In this document: piece after piece, positions 1 through 9,412 of the stretch | Layout: the number at the start of each line of letters is the position of its first letter | How positions within the stretch are numbered: position 1 is the first letter of the stretch | DNA from: a virus | Lineage: Duplodnaviria; Caudoviricetes | Reading direction: 5' to 3' (one strand) | DNA length: 26,857 nt | IMG/VR virus record: IMGVR_UViG_3300020045_002346 | Coordinates: 1 to 26,857 of that record | Translations under genes and position numbers: made by a program | Notes under the pieces: model-generated | What the model saw: the letters and a program-made list of their open reading frames with translations, nothing else | Database searches by the model: none | Told to the model about the DNA's origin: nothing

Positions 1-1
1 T

Positions 2-1702
2 TCGCCGGAAGTAAGCAAGGCCCTGCTTGATCGCGGGTTCGCAGCGGGCTTGTCGTCCGATCAGATTAAACGGGCGAGCCCCGTCAAGATGGCTGACGAC
101 GTTGATTACGGCAAGCAGACAGATATCCTAGGTCCGGACGGTAAGCCAACGTCAACAGCTACCGGCGTAGCGCAGTTTACAGAAGGTACGTTCTTACAGA
201 CGCTTCGTACTCCCGGCGTGGCGGCGAAGCTTGGGATAGACATTGAAGGTAAGTCGGACGCGCAGATACTTGAACTGCGCAAAGACCCTGATATTGCAAT
301 CCCCGCAGCCGCAGCACTTGCAGCTAACAATAAGAAGACAGTTGAAAGCGCCATAGGCCGGACGATCAGCGAACCGGAAATGTACATGGCGCACTTCTTA
401 GGCGCTGGCGGTGCGGTTACGCTCATCAAAGGTAATGAGATACAAGGCCAGCAATCCGCAGCAAAGCTCATGCCGGACGCAGCGAAGAATAATCGCAACG
501 TCTTTTACGACAAAAGCGGACGGGAACGTACTGTATCCGAAGTGTACAATAATATCGCTCGCGACATGTCTTCGCAGCCATCGCAGGTGGCCTATGGCGA
601 TAACGAAATGCGCAAAAAGATACACGATAACCGCACGAAGGCGCTTAAAGAAGACCCGGTAACGGAAGCCGCAAAGACCGGAACGTATAACGTCATCCCT
701 CTTAACGAAGACGGCGCGTTTCAGGAACGGGGTAAGGTCGCTTCGCAGATCGCGGATTACTATTCTATTCCTAAACAGGACATGAAGCCTTTTACGTCTG
801 ACGAAGTAACGCAGCTTGCGAAACAGCTTGAAGGCGGGACCGCCGATAAGGTGCTAGAAGTCATGTCAGCCGTTCAGTCTATGGGTGGTGATATGGCCCG
901 TGCGGGACTTAAGCAGCTTGGCGAAACGAACGCAACGTATGCGTACGCAGCGGGCTTGCAGTTGGAAACAGGAAGCGCAGTCGTCGCAGGAGATATCGTT
1001 CGTGGCGAAAAGCGGCTCAAAGAAAACGATAACATCAAAACATCTATCGGTGCTGGACCTCAAGAACTGTCCGATCAGTTCACAAAGGCTACAGGCACAG
1101 CGCTTTTTGAAGTATCGCCAAGAGAACGTCAGTCTATTCAAGACGCGGCGACTGCGCACTATGCGGAAACGTACGTTGCGCGTGGAGGTAAAGCAGGCTT
1201 TAACGCGACAGCATACGAAGCCAGTATACAAGCAGTTCTTGGTGGTCGAAAAGATCAAGCAGCACTTGCAGAAGTCAATGGCGAACCGACACTACTGCCT
1301 AAAGGCGTGAGCGGTACGCAGATGGAAGCGGCGCTAGACAAGATGACAACAGATGATTGGATTAGAATGTCCGATCAGAAGACACCGCCGTTGTACGCAG
1401 ACGGGACGCAGATCGATCCTAGCGATCTTGCGGATGAAGCGAAGTTGAGGGCTATCGGCGGTGGTAAGTACAAAGTGCAGGTAGGAGACAATACGTTCGC
1501 CGTGACAGGAAACACCTTGCCCGGTGGCCGCAGCGAAGCGTATATCTTTACGCCAGATGCAAAGAGTATTGAAAGTCTTGTCAACCGTCCGCGTGTAGGC
1601 GCTGCGGAAGAACCGAGAACGTACGACGCTGGACCCGCACCGACGTCTAATGTACTAGGCCAGTTTGATGAGAACGGGTTCTGGAAAGGTCCGGCTAAAT
1701 AA
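2..1702 (+). CDS. Internal virion (ejection) protein with lysozyme/lytic transglycosylase-like domain; 5'-truncated by window edge
   Basis: Frame is open from position 2, so the TTG at 50 is probably not the true start. Motifs STATGVAQFTEGTF, LRKDP and MYMAHFLGAGGA resemble the SSATGLxQF...YLAHFLG lysozyme-like family. Lies upstream of other virion genes. Confidence 0.7.
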   Translation, partial: SPEVSKALLDRGFAAGLSSDQIKRASPVKMADDVDYGKQTDILGPDGKPTSTATGVAQFTEGTFLQTLRTPGVAAKLGIDIEGKSDAQILELRKDPDIAIPAAAALAANNKKTVESAIGRTISEPEMYMAHFLGAGGAVTLIKGNEIQGQQSAAKLMPDAAKNNRNVFYDKSGRERTVSEVYNNIARDMSSQPSQVAYGDNEMRKKIHDNRTKALKEDPVTEAAKTGTYNVIPLNEDGAFQERGKVASQIADYYSIPKQDMKPFTSDEVTQLAKQLEGGTADKVLEVMSAVQSMGGDMARAGLKQLGETNATYAYAAGLQLETGSAVVAGDIVRGEKRLKENDNIKTSIGAGPQELSDQFTKATGTALFEVSPRERQSIQDAATAHYAETYVARGGKAGFNATAYEASIQAVLGGRKDQAALAEVNGEPTLLPKGVSGTQMEAALDKMTTDDWIRMSDQKTPPLYADGTQIDPSDLADEAKLRAIGGGKYKVQVGDNTFAVTGNTLPGGRSEAYIFTPDAKSIESLVNRPRVGAAEEPRTYDAGPAPTSNVLGQFDENGFWKGPAK

Positions 1703-3693
1703 TGGGTATCTTTGACGAACAGAACGAAGACGCCTTGTCCATTTCGCCGGACGCCGCAGCGACAGGCCCGCGCGTAGGGTTCTTGCAGAATTTCGAAGAC
1801 AGCTACAATATGCAGGTTCGCGGTTCCGCTATGTACGGTATCGAAAAGGCTATGCACGAACTGGACTATGAACAGGTCCAGGCGATGCGCAGCGCCGGTA
1901 TCGAGGACGTACCGAAACTATCCGACAACGCTTTCGGGTTCTTCGGTAGCGGCGCGTTCAGCGGCGACTACATGGATACCGCAAAGTTCTACGAGGACGG
2001 CGGCGACCCTGACGTAGCGAACCAACTCAAGGCGTATGACGACAAGGTAAATTCTATTCGGGAGAAGTACCCAAACCTACGCGTCCTGTCATCCCGTGAA
2101 ATGTGGGACGACGTAAAGGCGAAAGCGCAACAGTCGGAAAAGAAGTCAGAGACAAACCGCACAACGTTCGCCGGTTCTGTTGGCGGCTTTCTCGGCGGCG
2201 CGGTTGGCGGTCTTAACCCGGAGAGTGACCCGCTGAACTTTGCGACTATGCCGCTGAACGCCGGACGCTCGGTGCTTGGCCGCATCGGGTTCCAGGGCGC
2301 GGCGCAGGGCGTCGTGGAAGGTATCAACCAAGTCACGGGCGTCCAGGATCAACGGCGGCTCCTGGGGCTGGATACGGGCTTTGCTGACGGGCTTACCCGC
2401 GTTGCGGGCGCAGCGATCGGTGGCGCGGCTATCCAAGGCATAGGCGAGGGCACAGGGGCGCTCGCCAGACGCTTCTTTCGCAATACCCCGAGTGATCCCG
2501 CCCCAAGGTTCGAACCGCCGTCCAGGCCCGCCCCTGTCGATGTGAGCGCGGTTCCGCGCGGTGCTATCCCGGCTGACGAAGTGGTAGGGGCGGCGAAGCT
2601 CCAGGCAGAGCCGACAAGCTACATGGATTATCTGCAACAGGTATCGCCGTGGTCTGTCAGCCGACAGGGTAAACAACGTACCGTTCTCGACTTGGATTAT
2701 GCGACGAAAAGCCTGAACGACTGGAACGGCGAAACGCCCGTCAATCTTAGGCCGCTGACGCTCGCAACGCAGGCAGTAACGCGTGGTGACTACACAGCGC
2801 CGCAGCCTAACATATTTGACCGAGTGGCCGCATCGTCAACCGTCGATAGCGTTGCGCGTCAAATCGATCCGGACACATTTCGTATATACGATAAGCACGC
2901 TGACGATAAAGCGTGGTATTCGAACATGCTGGAGACGCTAAAGCCTGAGCGCGAACAGGCCGCGGAAGCGCGGCTAACTGAAATCAACAATCGGATAGAC
3001 GATCTGAAAGAAAAGGCCGATAGGTCCGGCGCGATGAAGGCTAAGAAGATTGGCAAAGAAATTGCCGAACTGACGGCTGAACGTGATGCGGTCAAGCAGG
3101 AAATGCTTACGACTGACACGCCGGATATGGCGCGTATCCGTCAGCACCTAATCCGTAATGACGAAAAGATGCGTGAGCTTGCGCCCGTCGTGTCCAGAGC
3201 GTACGCACGCGCTCGTAACAAATGGGACAATACGGAAGCCGACAGGCAGGCGCTTCGGGAAATGGTTCGCAACGGGAGTAAGACGGTTGGTACAGCGCCA
3301 GACGGTAATACAGGAACGTTCGTGGTCCCTGAGAGTATCTATGATAAAGCGCCTTTACTCAAACAGGCGAGCAGTATTAAAGGGAAGTTGCCGGATCGTG
3401 CGGACGCGGCAACAGTCGCTAATCATGTGCTTGCTGAACAATCCAAAGTTCTCGATGAAGTTACGGAGACGTTTAGGGCTTCGCTCGGTAAGGTCGTCGC
3501 AAAGGACGCTAAAAATGAAGCGGGCGAAGCAATCAAGGAAATAGAAATTCCTGGACAGAAATACAAATTGCGTCTTGACGAAGACGTTATAGTCGATGAA
3601 GACGGGCAGTCACTTACTGTTAGACAGTATTTGCAGAAGCACGTCGATAGTGAAGAAGATTTGAAAGCGGTTACGTCATGCTCAATTCTGTAG
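1702..3693 (+). CDS. Putative internal virion (ejection) protein, 663 aa
   Basis: TAATG-coupled to previous gene; Gly/Ala-rich hydrophobic segments (GSVGGFLGGAVGG, VAGAAIGGAAIQG) plus a coiled coil; sits between two other internal virion genes. Confidence 0.65.
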   Translation: MGIFDEQNEDALSISPDAAATGPRVGFLQNFEDSYNMQVRGSAMYGIEKAMHELDYEQVQAMRSAGIEDVPKLSDNAFGFFGSGAFSGDYMDTAKFYEDGGDPDVANQLKAYDDKVNSIREKYPNLRVLSSREMWDDVKAKAQQSEKKSETNRTTFAGSVGGFLGGAVGGLNPESDPLNFATMPLNAGRSVLGRIGFQGAAQGVVEGINQVTGVQDQRRLLGLDTGFADGLTRVAGAAIGGAAIQGIGEGTGALARRFFRNTPSDPAPRFEPPSRPAPVDVSAVPRGAIPADEVVGAAKLQAEPTSYMDYLQQVSPWSVSRQGKQRTVLDLDYATKSLNDWNGETPVNLRPLTLATQAVTRGDYTAPQPNIFDRVAASSTVDSVARQIDPDTFRIYDKHADDKAWYSNMLETLKPEREQAAEARLTEINNRIDDLKEKADRSGAMKAKKIGKEIAELTAERDAVKQEMLTTDTPDMARIRQHLIRNDEKMRELAPVVSRAYARARNKWDNTEADRQALREMVRNGSKTVGTAPDGNTGTFVVPESIYDKAPLLKQASSIKGKLPDRADAATVANHVLAEQSKVLDEVTETFRASLGKVVAKDAKNEAGEAIKEIEIPGQKYKLRLDEDVIVDEDGQSLTVRQYLQKHVDSEEDLKAVTSCSIL

Positions 3694-4742
3694 ACTTCGC
3701 GGCATGTATCCGTGAAAACCTGAAAGAGAAACGGTACGGTCACAAGCGTACCGAAGAACTTGTAGAATATTTCGAAGACCGTGCGAACTCCCATCGCACC
3801 ACGGGCCTAGACAATACGCAAGCTAGTATGCTGGCTATGCGCGATACGTTTGACGACGTGACGCGCCGGACGATGGAAAGCGCAAAGCGTACAGCCAAGA
3901 TGCTTTCCGTTCAGGCAGAGAATAACGCGATAGTCCGTGAAGGACTTACGGTCACAACGTCTTCGTTTATGATGGACGGAAAGCCGGGAAGCAAAGGAAC
4001 TGCGCTTGCGCGTGGCGCTGTGTCGCGACTGGAAGATGATCCGCGCTTTACGTCGGTATCTTACAGCACAACGAAGGAAGTGTATCGAGGCCAGTTCTAC
4101 GCGATCTTTAACGACGTCCTAGACAAGTTGGGTAAAGGTGCATTCGGACGGCAGAAGGGTGCGGCGCATCTTCCGAATATCATTCGGGAAATAAAGGGTA
4201 TCAACACGGGCGACCAAGCGGCAAAAGAGTTCGCTACGGCATGGATGAAGATACAGGACATTGGCGTTGATCTGTTCAATCAAGCGGGCGGTTCAATGCG
4301 CAAGCTTGAAGGCTACATTCCGCAGTCGCAGAACAGTGTCAAGATGGTACGTGCCGGTAAAGAGAAATGGATAGGCGATCACATAGACGCACTCGATTGG
4401 GAAATGACCCGGTGGCCTGACGGTTCTGTCATTCCGCCTGAACAGCGTGCAGACGTATTGTCTAAAGTCTTTGACACTATGTCAACGAATGGTGCGTCCA
4501 AGGTTGATGCAAACGCATTTCGTGGCAAAGGCCGTGCGCTCGGTAATCAGCTAGATCAGCATAGGTTCTTGCACTATAAGGACGCACAGTCCTGGCTTGA
4601 CGTTCAACGGTGTGTTGCAGCGTTACGGCATTACGCCGGACGACTGGAATGCGTTTCGGGGAAGCGTCAAGACGTGGGAGCCGAAAGCAGGCGTAGAGTT
4701 CTTGCGACCGATAGACATTCTGGAAACAGAGCTTCCGAATAA
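3678..4742 (+). CDS. Internal virion protein (epsilon15 gp17/phiV10-like), N-terminal part; reading after about 4607 probably out of frame
   Basis: LEGYIPQSQ and HRFLHYKDAQSWL resemble family motifs (recalled as RxLHFKDADSxL); the C-terminal ~45 aa look non-native. Confidence 0.65.
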   Translation: MLNSVDFAACIRENLKEKRYGHKRTEELVEYFEDRANSHRTTGLDNTQASMLAMRDTFDDVTRRTMESAKRTAKMLSVQAENNAIVREGLTVTTSSFMMDGKPGSKGTALARGAVSRLEDDPRFTSVSYSTTKEVYRGQFYAIFNDVLDKLGKGAFGRQKGAAHLPNIIREIKGINTGDQAAKEFATAWMKIQDIGVDLFNQAGGSMRKLEGYIPQSQNSVKMVRAGKEKWIGDHIDALDWEMTRWPDGSVIPPEQRADVLSKVFDTMSTNGASKVDANAFRGKGRALGNQLDQHRFLHYKDAQSWLDVQRCVAALRHYAGRLECVSGKRQDVGAESRRRVLATDRHSGNRASE

Positions 4743-5520
4743 GCAAGAGTTGTACAAAAAGTTTCAAGGCGCGATATTCGAGGAAGCGCGCAAGATGATA
4801 CCGGAAGCGACGATTGAAGGTTCGGTGGCGCTCAAAGATACGACGCGTCCGGACACGCTACCCGGTGCGCTCTTGTCGTCCTTTGCGATGTACAAGAACT
4901 TCCCGATATCCTTCGCTATGATTTACGGGCGGCTTGGCATGACGGCTCCCGGCACTTGGGGCAAGCTGAAATTCTTTGCTGGCCTGGGTGCTGCGATGAC
5001 CCTAGTAGGCGCGGTAGGTACGCAAATGCGGGAGATATCTAGGGGCAGAGAACCCTTACCGATGAACCCTATTGAAAATCCCGCCTTTTTCGGTAAAGCT
5101 CTTTTATCTGGAGGCGCTTTGTCGATATGGGGCGACTTCCTGTTCAACGGGGTCAATGAGTTCGGTAAAGGTCCGCAGGACATTGCAGCCGGTCCGCTTG
5201 TGGCATTCGCGGGCGATACGACGCAGCTTGTACTAGGCGACATATTTCAGTGGGCCGATAGCGTAGGTTCACTAGGAGACAAAGAGTTCAAGAGTACAAC
5301 GGCGTCAAAAGCCGTAGACTACGCGAGACGCTATACGCCGGGTACGTCTATCTGGTGGTCACGTCTGGCACTGGAACGGGAAGTGTGGGATAGGTTTCAG
5401 GAGTTGGCCGATCCGAACGCGTACCAGAAGAGACAACGCCGTATGCGCAAACAGCGCAAAGACTACGGGAATGAATATTGGTTTGCGCCCGGTGAACGTA
5501 CCGGCGTTTTTGGGGATTAG
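4597..5520 (+). CDS. Internal virion protein (epsilon15 gp17/phiV10-like), C-terminal part in +1 frame
   Basis: RYGITPDDW, MYKNFP, ALLSGGALSIWGDFLF, PGTSIWW and YGNEYWFAPG match the recalled C-terminal half of this family; TTG start has no evident RBS. Confidence 0.65.
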   Translation: MTFNGVLQRYGITPDDWNAFRGSVKTWEPKAGVEFLRPIDILETELPNKQELYKKFQGAIFEEARKMIPEATIEGSVALKDTTRPDTLPGALLSSFAMYKNFPISFAMIYGRLGMTAPGTWGKLKFFAGLGAAMTLVGAVGTQMREISRGREPLPMNPIENPAFFGKALLSGGALSIWGDFLFNGVNEFGKGPQDIAAGPLVAFAGDTTQLVLGDIFQWADSVGSLGDKEFKSTTASKAVDYARRYTPGTSIWWSRLALEREVWDRFQELADPNAYQKRQRRMRKQRKDYGNEYWFAPGERTGVFGD

Positions 5521-5522
5521 AC

Positions 5523-7808
5523 ATGACCGTAGCGACAGAAGTAACCGCAGAACGTAAACTCGACATTGTTGCCGGTGTACCCATCTCTACTGCCATACCC
5601 GCAACGTCCGAAAACGACGTTCAAATATATTACGGTATCGATAGCTTTCAGGCCATTCTAAATGTTGACTACACGGCAGCGCTCGTACCGCCGTTCAATA
5701 CGATCCGCGTAACGCCGCTTACACTGTTTATAGAAAAGATAAACAATCTCATTGCGGACAATCCGGATGAGATAAACGCGATTACTATCCGGCGTGAAAA
5801 GGACTATCTCACGTCTGCTACACCAGACTTCGCGAAGAGTACGCGGTGGGTGTCGTCAGAGTTTGACGCAACCGCTATGCGCTTTGCTCAATTAGCCGAA
5901 CAACTCAACCGGGCTTTGGTTCTTTCTCCAACGTTTGTGGGCGCGCAACCGCTTTTACAGCTTCTTAGCGCTATTCCTAACGCCCTATTGGCTATTAGCG
6001 AAGACGGGTTGAACGTCGTAAGCGGTCCATCCATAGACGGTCTTGACGCGTCAGCGGCGGCGGCTGGCGCTGCGGCGGGAGCGACAGCGGGAGAAATAGC
6101 AGCGCAGCTTTTAGTTGACGGTAAGCTGGACAAAAGCGCCAATCTTGGCGATTTGTTAAATAAGCTTACTGCACGTCAAAATCTTGAATTGCAGAACGCT
6201 AAAAGCTTTATCGCCGTTGTTGACGATTACGGACCCACGGGTACGTCTGACGACGGACCCACATTCCAAGCGGCTCTAAACGCCATTAAGGCGGCGGGCG
6301 GCGGTACGTTGTGTCTTTTGGCTAAGAACTACACGATTGATACGCAAGCTTCGCTTGACCTGTCAGCTACGGCGGAAGGTGGTCAACCGTTCAGATTTGC
6401 TATTGAGGGTAAAGGCGGCGCGCAGATAACGTCTAGTGTTGACGGTGCGGCTTGCCTTAGAGTGTCGGGGTATCCGTGGGGCGTAGCGGGGTATAACGTA
6501 CGTTTTGCCATGCATGGTGTGGCTATGCGCGCTATCGATAACTCTATAGCGGGCGGCATGGCCTTGCTTAAGCTAGAGCGTGTTGTGGGTTTTGAGATAA
6601 CCAATTCACTATTCGGGTCTATGGCCATCGGTCTTGATCTTGTAGACACACTGGCGGGTAAGATATCTACGACGTTCTTTTCGTACGGAGCGAAGGGTAT
6701 CAGGGGGTTCGCGGGTTCTGGCGACCCAGCACTTGGTTCGTCGTCCAATGAAATTGTTTTGGACGACGTACACTTTACCGCCATTCAACATCGTTGCGCT
6801 CTTTTGGGTAAAGGCGTATCACAGCTTGTTCTTATCGGTGGTAGTACAGAAGGTCTCGGCAACGCGTACACTCACGCGCAAGCTGTGACCGCAGACGTTT
6901 ATGGGTTTGAGCTACAAGAACCGGGCGGTTACGGCGGTTTAGCGCTAACGATGGTTGGTTATCACGCGGAAAGTAACAACGGTAAGGCGCTGTTTAAAAT
7001 ACAAGGTGGCGTCGGACCGGCGACATATACGTTTAATATGGACCACACGAATAACGGGGCGGCTCAATACCTTGAGAACGCTATAGAGTATACCAAGGGC
7101 GTTGGTACAGCTAAAATTCTCCTAATGACTTGCGTACATGATGGGGTTAACGGGTACGCAGGTAACGTGTCACGTCCGTTCTATAAAGAACTTGGATCGG
7201 GTGGCGCTGTTGTGTGTACGGATATTATGAGCCAGTGGAACGTAGCTGTCGAAGCGCCTATATGGGCGTCAACCAACGCGGCCCTGGCCTCTAACTCTGT
7301 CATAAAAGGCGGTGCGTCTTCTGCTTCTGCGGGAGCGGTAGGCTTGCAGGCTATGGAAAGCGTACACGCCACAAGCAGAAGGGCTACGGTTGCTGTAGGT
7401 TCTAACTGGCAGTTAATACAGGACGTCGGACAAAGCGGCAATAAGGGACTTTCCTTTTTTAATATAGCGCAGGGGAAAGCGCCTATCGAAATGCCCGAAG
7501 ACAATAGCGTTATGTACTTTAACGTCCCGGTAATGAAGCCTAACGGTTTCGTGTTCGGTACGCCTACTATAGACCTTGGCGGCAATTCTGGCGGTGAAAG
7601 ATTTAAAGCACTGTACGTGCAGTATACAAGCAAGCAAGTTCTTACGGTAGCTACGTTACCGACCGCATCCGGCGATATGAAGACCGCATTCGTTAGCGAC
7701 AGCAGTGTTCCTGCCGCTGGCAATTTCGGCGCTGTGGTTGCTGGCGGCGGCGCTAATCGCGTACCCGTGTATTCCGATCCGGGTTCGGGTAACTGGCGTA
7801 TCGGATAA
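5523..7808 (+). CDS. Tail fibre/tailspike with beta-helix (pectate-lyase-3-like) putative depolymerase domain
   Basis: N-terminal podovirus fibre attachment-like domain (MTV...DYT...TIRR); NLGDL...ARQNL motif; DYG...DDGPTFQAALN...GGGTL beta-helix start; C-terminal TVATLP...GGGANRVPVYSD...NWRIG motif. Confidence 0.85.
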   Translation: MTVATEVTAERKLDIVAGVPISTAIPATSENDVQIYYGIDSFQAILNVDYTAALVPPFNTIRVTPLTLFIEKINNLIADNPDEINAITIRREKDYLTSATPDFAKSTRWVSSEFDATAMRFAQLAEQLNRALVLSPTFVGAQPLLQLLSAIPNALLAISEDGLNVVSGPSIDGLDASAAAAGAAAGATAGEIAAQLLVDGKLDKSANLGDLLNKLTARQNLELQNAKSFIAVVDDYGPTGTSDDGPTFQAALNAIKAAGGGTLCLLAKNYTIDTQASLDLSATAEGGQPFRFAIEGKGGAQITSSVDGAACLRVSGYPWGVAGYNVRFAMHGVAMRAIDNSIAGGMALLKLERVVGFEITNSLFGSMAIGLDLVDTLAGKISTTFFSYGAKGIRGFAGSGDPALGSSSNEIVLDDVHFTAIQHRCALLGKGVSQLVLIGGSTEGLGNAYTHAQAVTADVYGFELQEPGGYGGLALTMVGYHAESNNGKALFKIQGGVGPATYTFNMDHTNNGAAQYLENAIEYTKGVGTAKILLMTCVHDGVNGYAGNVSRPFYKELGSGGAVVCTDIMSQWNVAVEAPIWASTNAALASNSVIKGGASSASAGAVGLQAMESVHATSRRATVAVGSNWQLIQDVGQSGNKGLSFFNIAQGKAPIEMPEDNSVMYFNVPVMKPNGFVFGTPTIDLGGNSGGERFKALYVQYTSKQVLTVATLPTASGDMKTAFVSDSSVPAAGNFGAVVAGGGANRVPVYSDPGSGNWRIG

Positions 7809-7824
7809 ACCATAGGAGAACAGA

Positions 7825-8256
7825 ATGCCAGTATTTAGCAAAGCGTCAAAGGCAGCACTAAAGGACTGTGCGCCACAACTTCAACTAATCGCCAATGAGG
7901 CTATTAAGGAAATAGACTTTAAGGTACTGGACAGCAAGCGCGGACGTCTAGCGCAGGAGAAAGCGTACGCACAAGGCAACAGCAAAGCGAAGTTCGGACA
8001 GTCTGCCCATAACTACGTTCCGGCCATCGCATTCGATCTGTTCCCCGCTCCGTACGATTGGAACAACACGGCTTCGTTTGTGAAGTTGGCCGAAGTGATC
8101 TTGCGTATCGCCAAGGCTCATGGTATCCCGCTTAGATGGGGCGGCGACTGGAACATGGACGGGAACAAAACCACGTCCGACAATTGGGATAAGCCGCACT
8201 TCGAATTGCATCCGTGGCGCGATCACGCTAAGAAGTCAAAACTTTACGAAGGCTAG
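7825..8256 (+). CDS. Endolysin, peptidase M15 family (L-Ala-D-Glu endopeptidase-like)
   Basis: R...Q, SAHN...AFD, WGGDW and DKPHFEL zinc-peptidase motifs; TAGGAG RBS. Confidence 0.9.
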   Translation: MPVFSKASKAALKDCAPQLQLIANEAIKEIDFKVLDSKRGRLAQEKAYAQGNSKAKFGQSAHNYVPAIAFDLFPAPYDWNNTASFVKLAEVILRIAKAHGIPLRWGGDWNMDGNKTTSDNWDKPHFELHPWRDHAKKSKLYEG

Positions 8257-8265
8257 GAGCCTCCC

Positions 8266-8610
8266 ATGAAATCGATTTCCTCCCGGAGCGCCGTTGCATT
8301 GATTGCAGCGGCGTCTTTTCTTTCTGCCTGCACGACAACAAGCAGCATCCAAACTGCCGATGCGGCAATCCAAAAGAACCTACCCAAAGTGTGCAGCGCC
8401 CTTGAGACGGTGTACCTTGCGTTCGCGGCTATCGCCGTGACGGGTAAGGTCAAGACGTCATTGGTTAACAAGGTAGACGCCGCGTACGAAGGCGTACATA
8501 TCGTCTGCGTAGTTCCCGCGCAGGCTACCAGCTTCGACGTTATCATTCGCGTGACGCAAGCCGTTGTCGTCGTCACCGCAGCGCTTAAGGAAGCACGCAA
8601 TGTCCAGTGA
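8266..8610 (+). CDS. Lipoprotein in lysis cassette (spanin candidate)
   Basis: Signal peptide with lipobox LSA-C; TAGGAG RBS overlapping the endolysin stop; hydrophobic C-terminus. Confidence 0.65.
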   Translation: MKSISSRSAVALIAAASFLSACTTTSSIQTADAAIQKNLPKVCSALETVYLAFAAIAVTGKVKTSLVNKVDAAYEGVHIVCVVPAQATSFDVIIRVTQAVVVVTAALKEARNVQ

Positions 8611-8965
8611 AACGAAAGCAGTTAACGTCCTGATCGACGCTATCACCAAAGGCGCGGTAGCCGCAGCGGACAGTAAAGCTACGGATACGACGCGGGCGGA
8701 TATTGGCGTTATCACGTCGAAAGTCTTGAGCGAAGTCGCGCCGGTAGTCCTCAACGCCACGAACAATGAGCCGTGGTATCAGTCCCGCGTCACCCTTGGC
8801 GCTATCCTTGGCGGGGTTGCTGGCCTTGTAGCGTTGGCGGGCTGGAGCTTCCCGGAGGAAGTCCAGGGCAAAGTCGTTGACGCTATCGTAACCCTCGCGC
8901 CTCTGATCGGGATGGCGATTACACTTTATGGCCGGTGGCGTGCCAAGAAACCTTTAGGACAGTGA
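8600..8965 (+). CDS. Putative holin-like membrane protein (2 TM), 121 aa
   Basis: ATG at 8600 with AAGGAAG upstream preferred over 8564; EPWYQSRVTLGAIL...YGRWRAKKP pattern with two hydrophobic segments and a basic C-terminus; lysis cassette context. Confidence 0.6.
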   Translation: MSSETKAVNVLIDAITKGAVAAADSKATDTTRADIGVITSKVLSEVAPVVLNATNNEPWYQSRVTLGAILGGVAGLVALAGWSFPEEVQGKVVDAIVTLAPLIGMAITLYGRWRAKKPLGQ

Positions 8966-8998
8966 TGCGTTATGCCTCATTCGAGTGGGGGTGATGAC

Positions 8999-9412
8999 AT
9001 GACCGGCATCGAAATTGAGAAGACCCGCGTTAACCTGTTCAATGCCTTGGGGTTCCTGGGGCTTTTCGCGGGTGGCGTTGCCGCGTACACCACGACGACA
9101 AATCGTACAGACGCAAATAGCGAGGCTATCACTGCGCTTGTCGCTGAACTACGTGTTGTCAAGACGCAAATTGCACCGCTCGATACGTACGCATTTCGTC
9201 AAGGTCAGGTTGAAGAACAGGTCAAGAATGTCAACCTGCGTGCTGATCGTATTGTAGAAAGCTTCAACAACAAGATGGACAACTTGACGCAAACCGTCAC
9301 CAAAGGGTTTACGTCTTTGACAAGCGATCTTGCGGGCGTCAAGTCTGACATTCGTGTCATCAACCAACAGCAAGGTATTAAGCCCGTACCCGGCGTGTTC
9401 CGCCAGCCTTAG
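8999..9412 (+). CDS. Membrane-anchored coiled-coil protein (i-spanin-like candidate)
   Basis: GGGGGTG RBS before ATG 8999 (alternative start 8972); N-terminal TM segment then heptad-like helix. Confidence 0.55.
   Translation: MTGIEIEKTRVNLFNALGFLGLFAGGVAAYTTTTNRTDANSEAITALVAELRVVKTQIAPLDTYAFRQGQVEEQVKNVNLRADRIVESFNNKMDNLTQTVTKGFTSLTSDLAGVKSDIRVINQQQGIKPVPGVFRQP

Noticed and set aside
4593-4610. Programmed +1 frameshift (CTT GAC resembles the prfB CTT TGA C site)
   Set aside because: There is no in-frame stop, slippery run or internal SD, and a frameshift would not restore the apparently missing middle of the protein.
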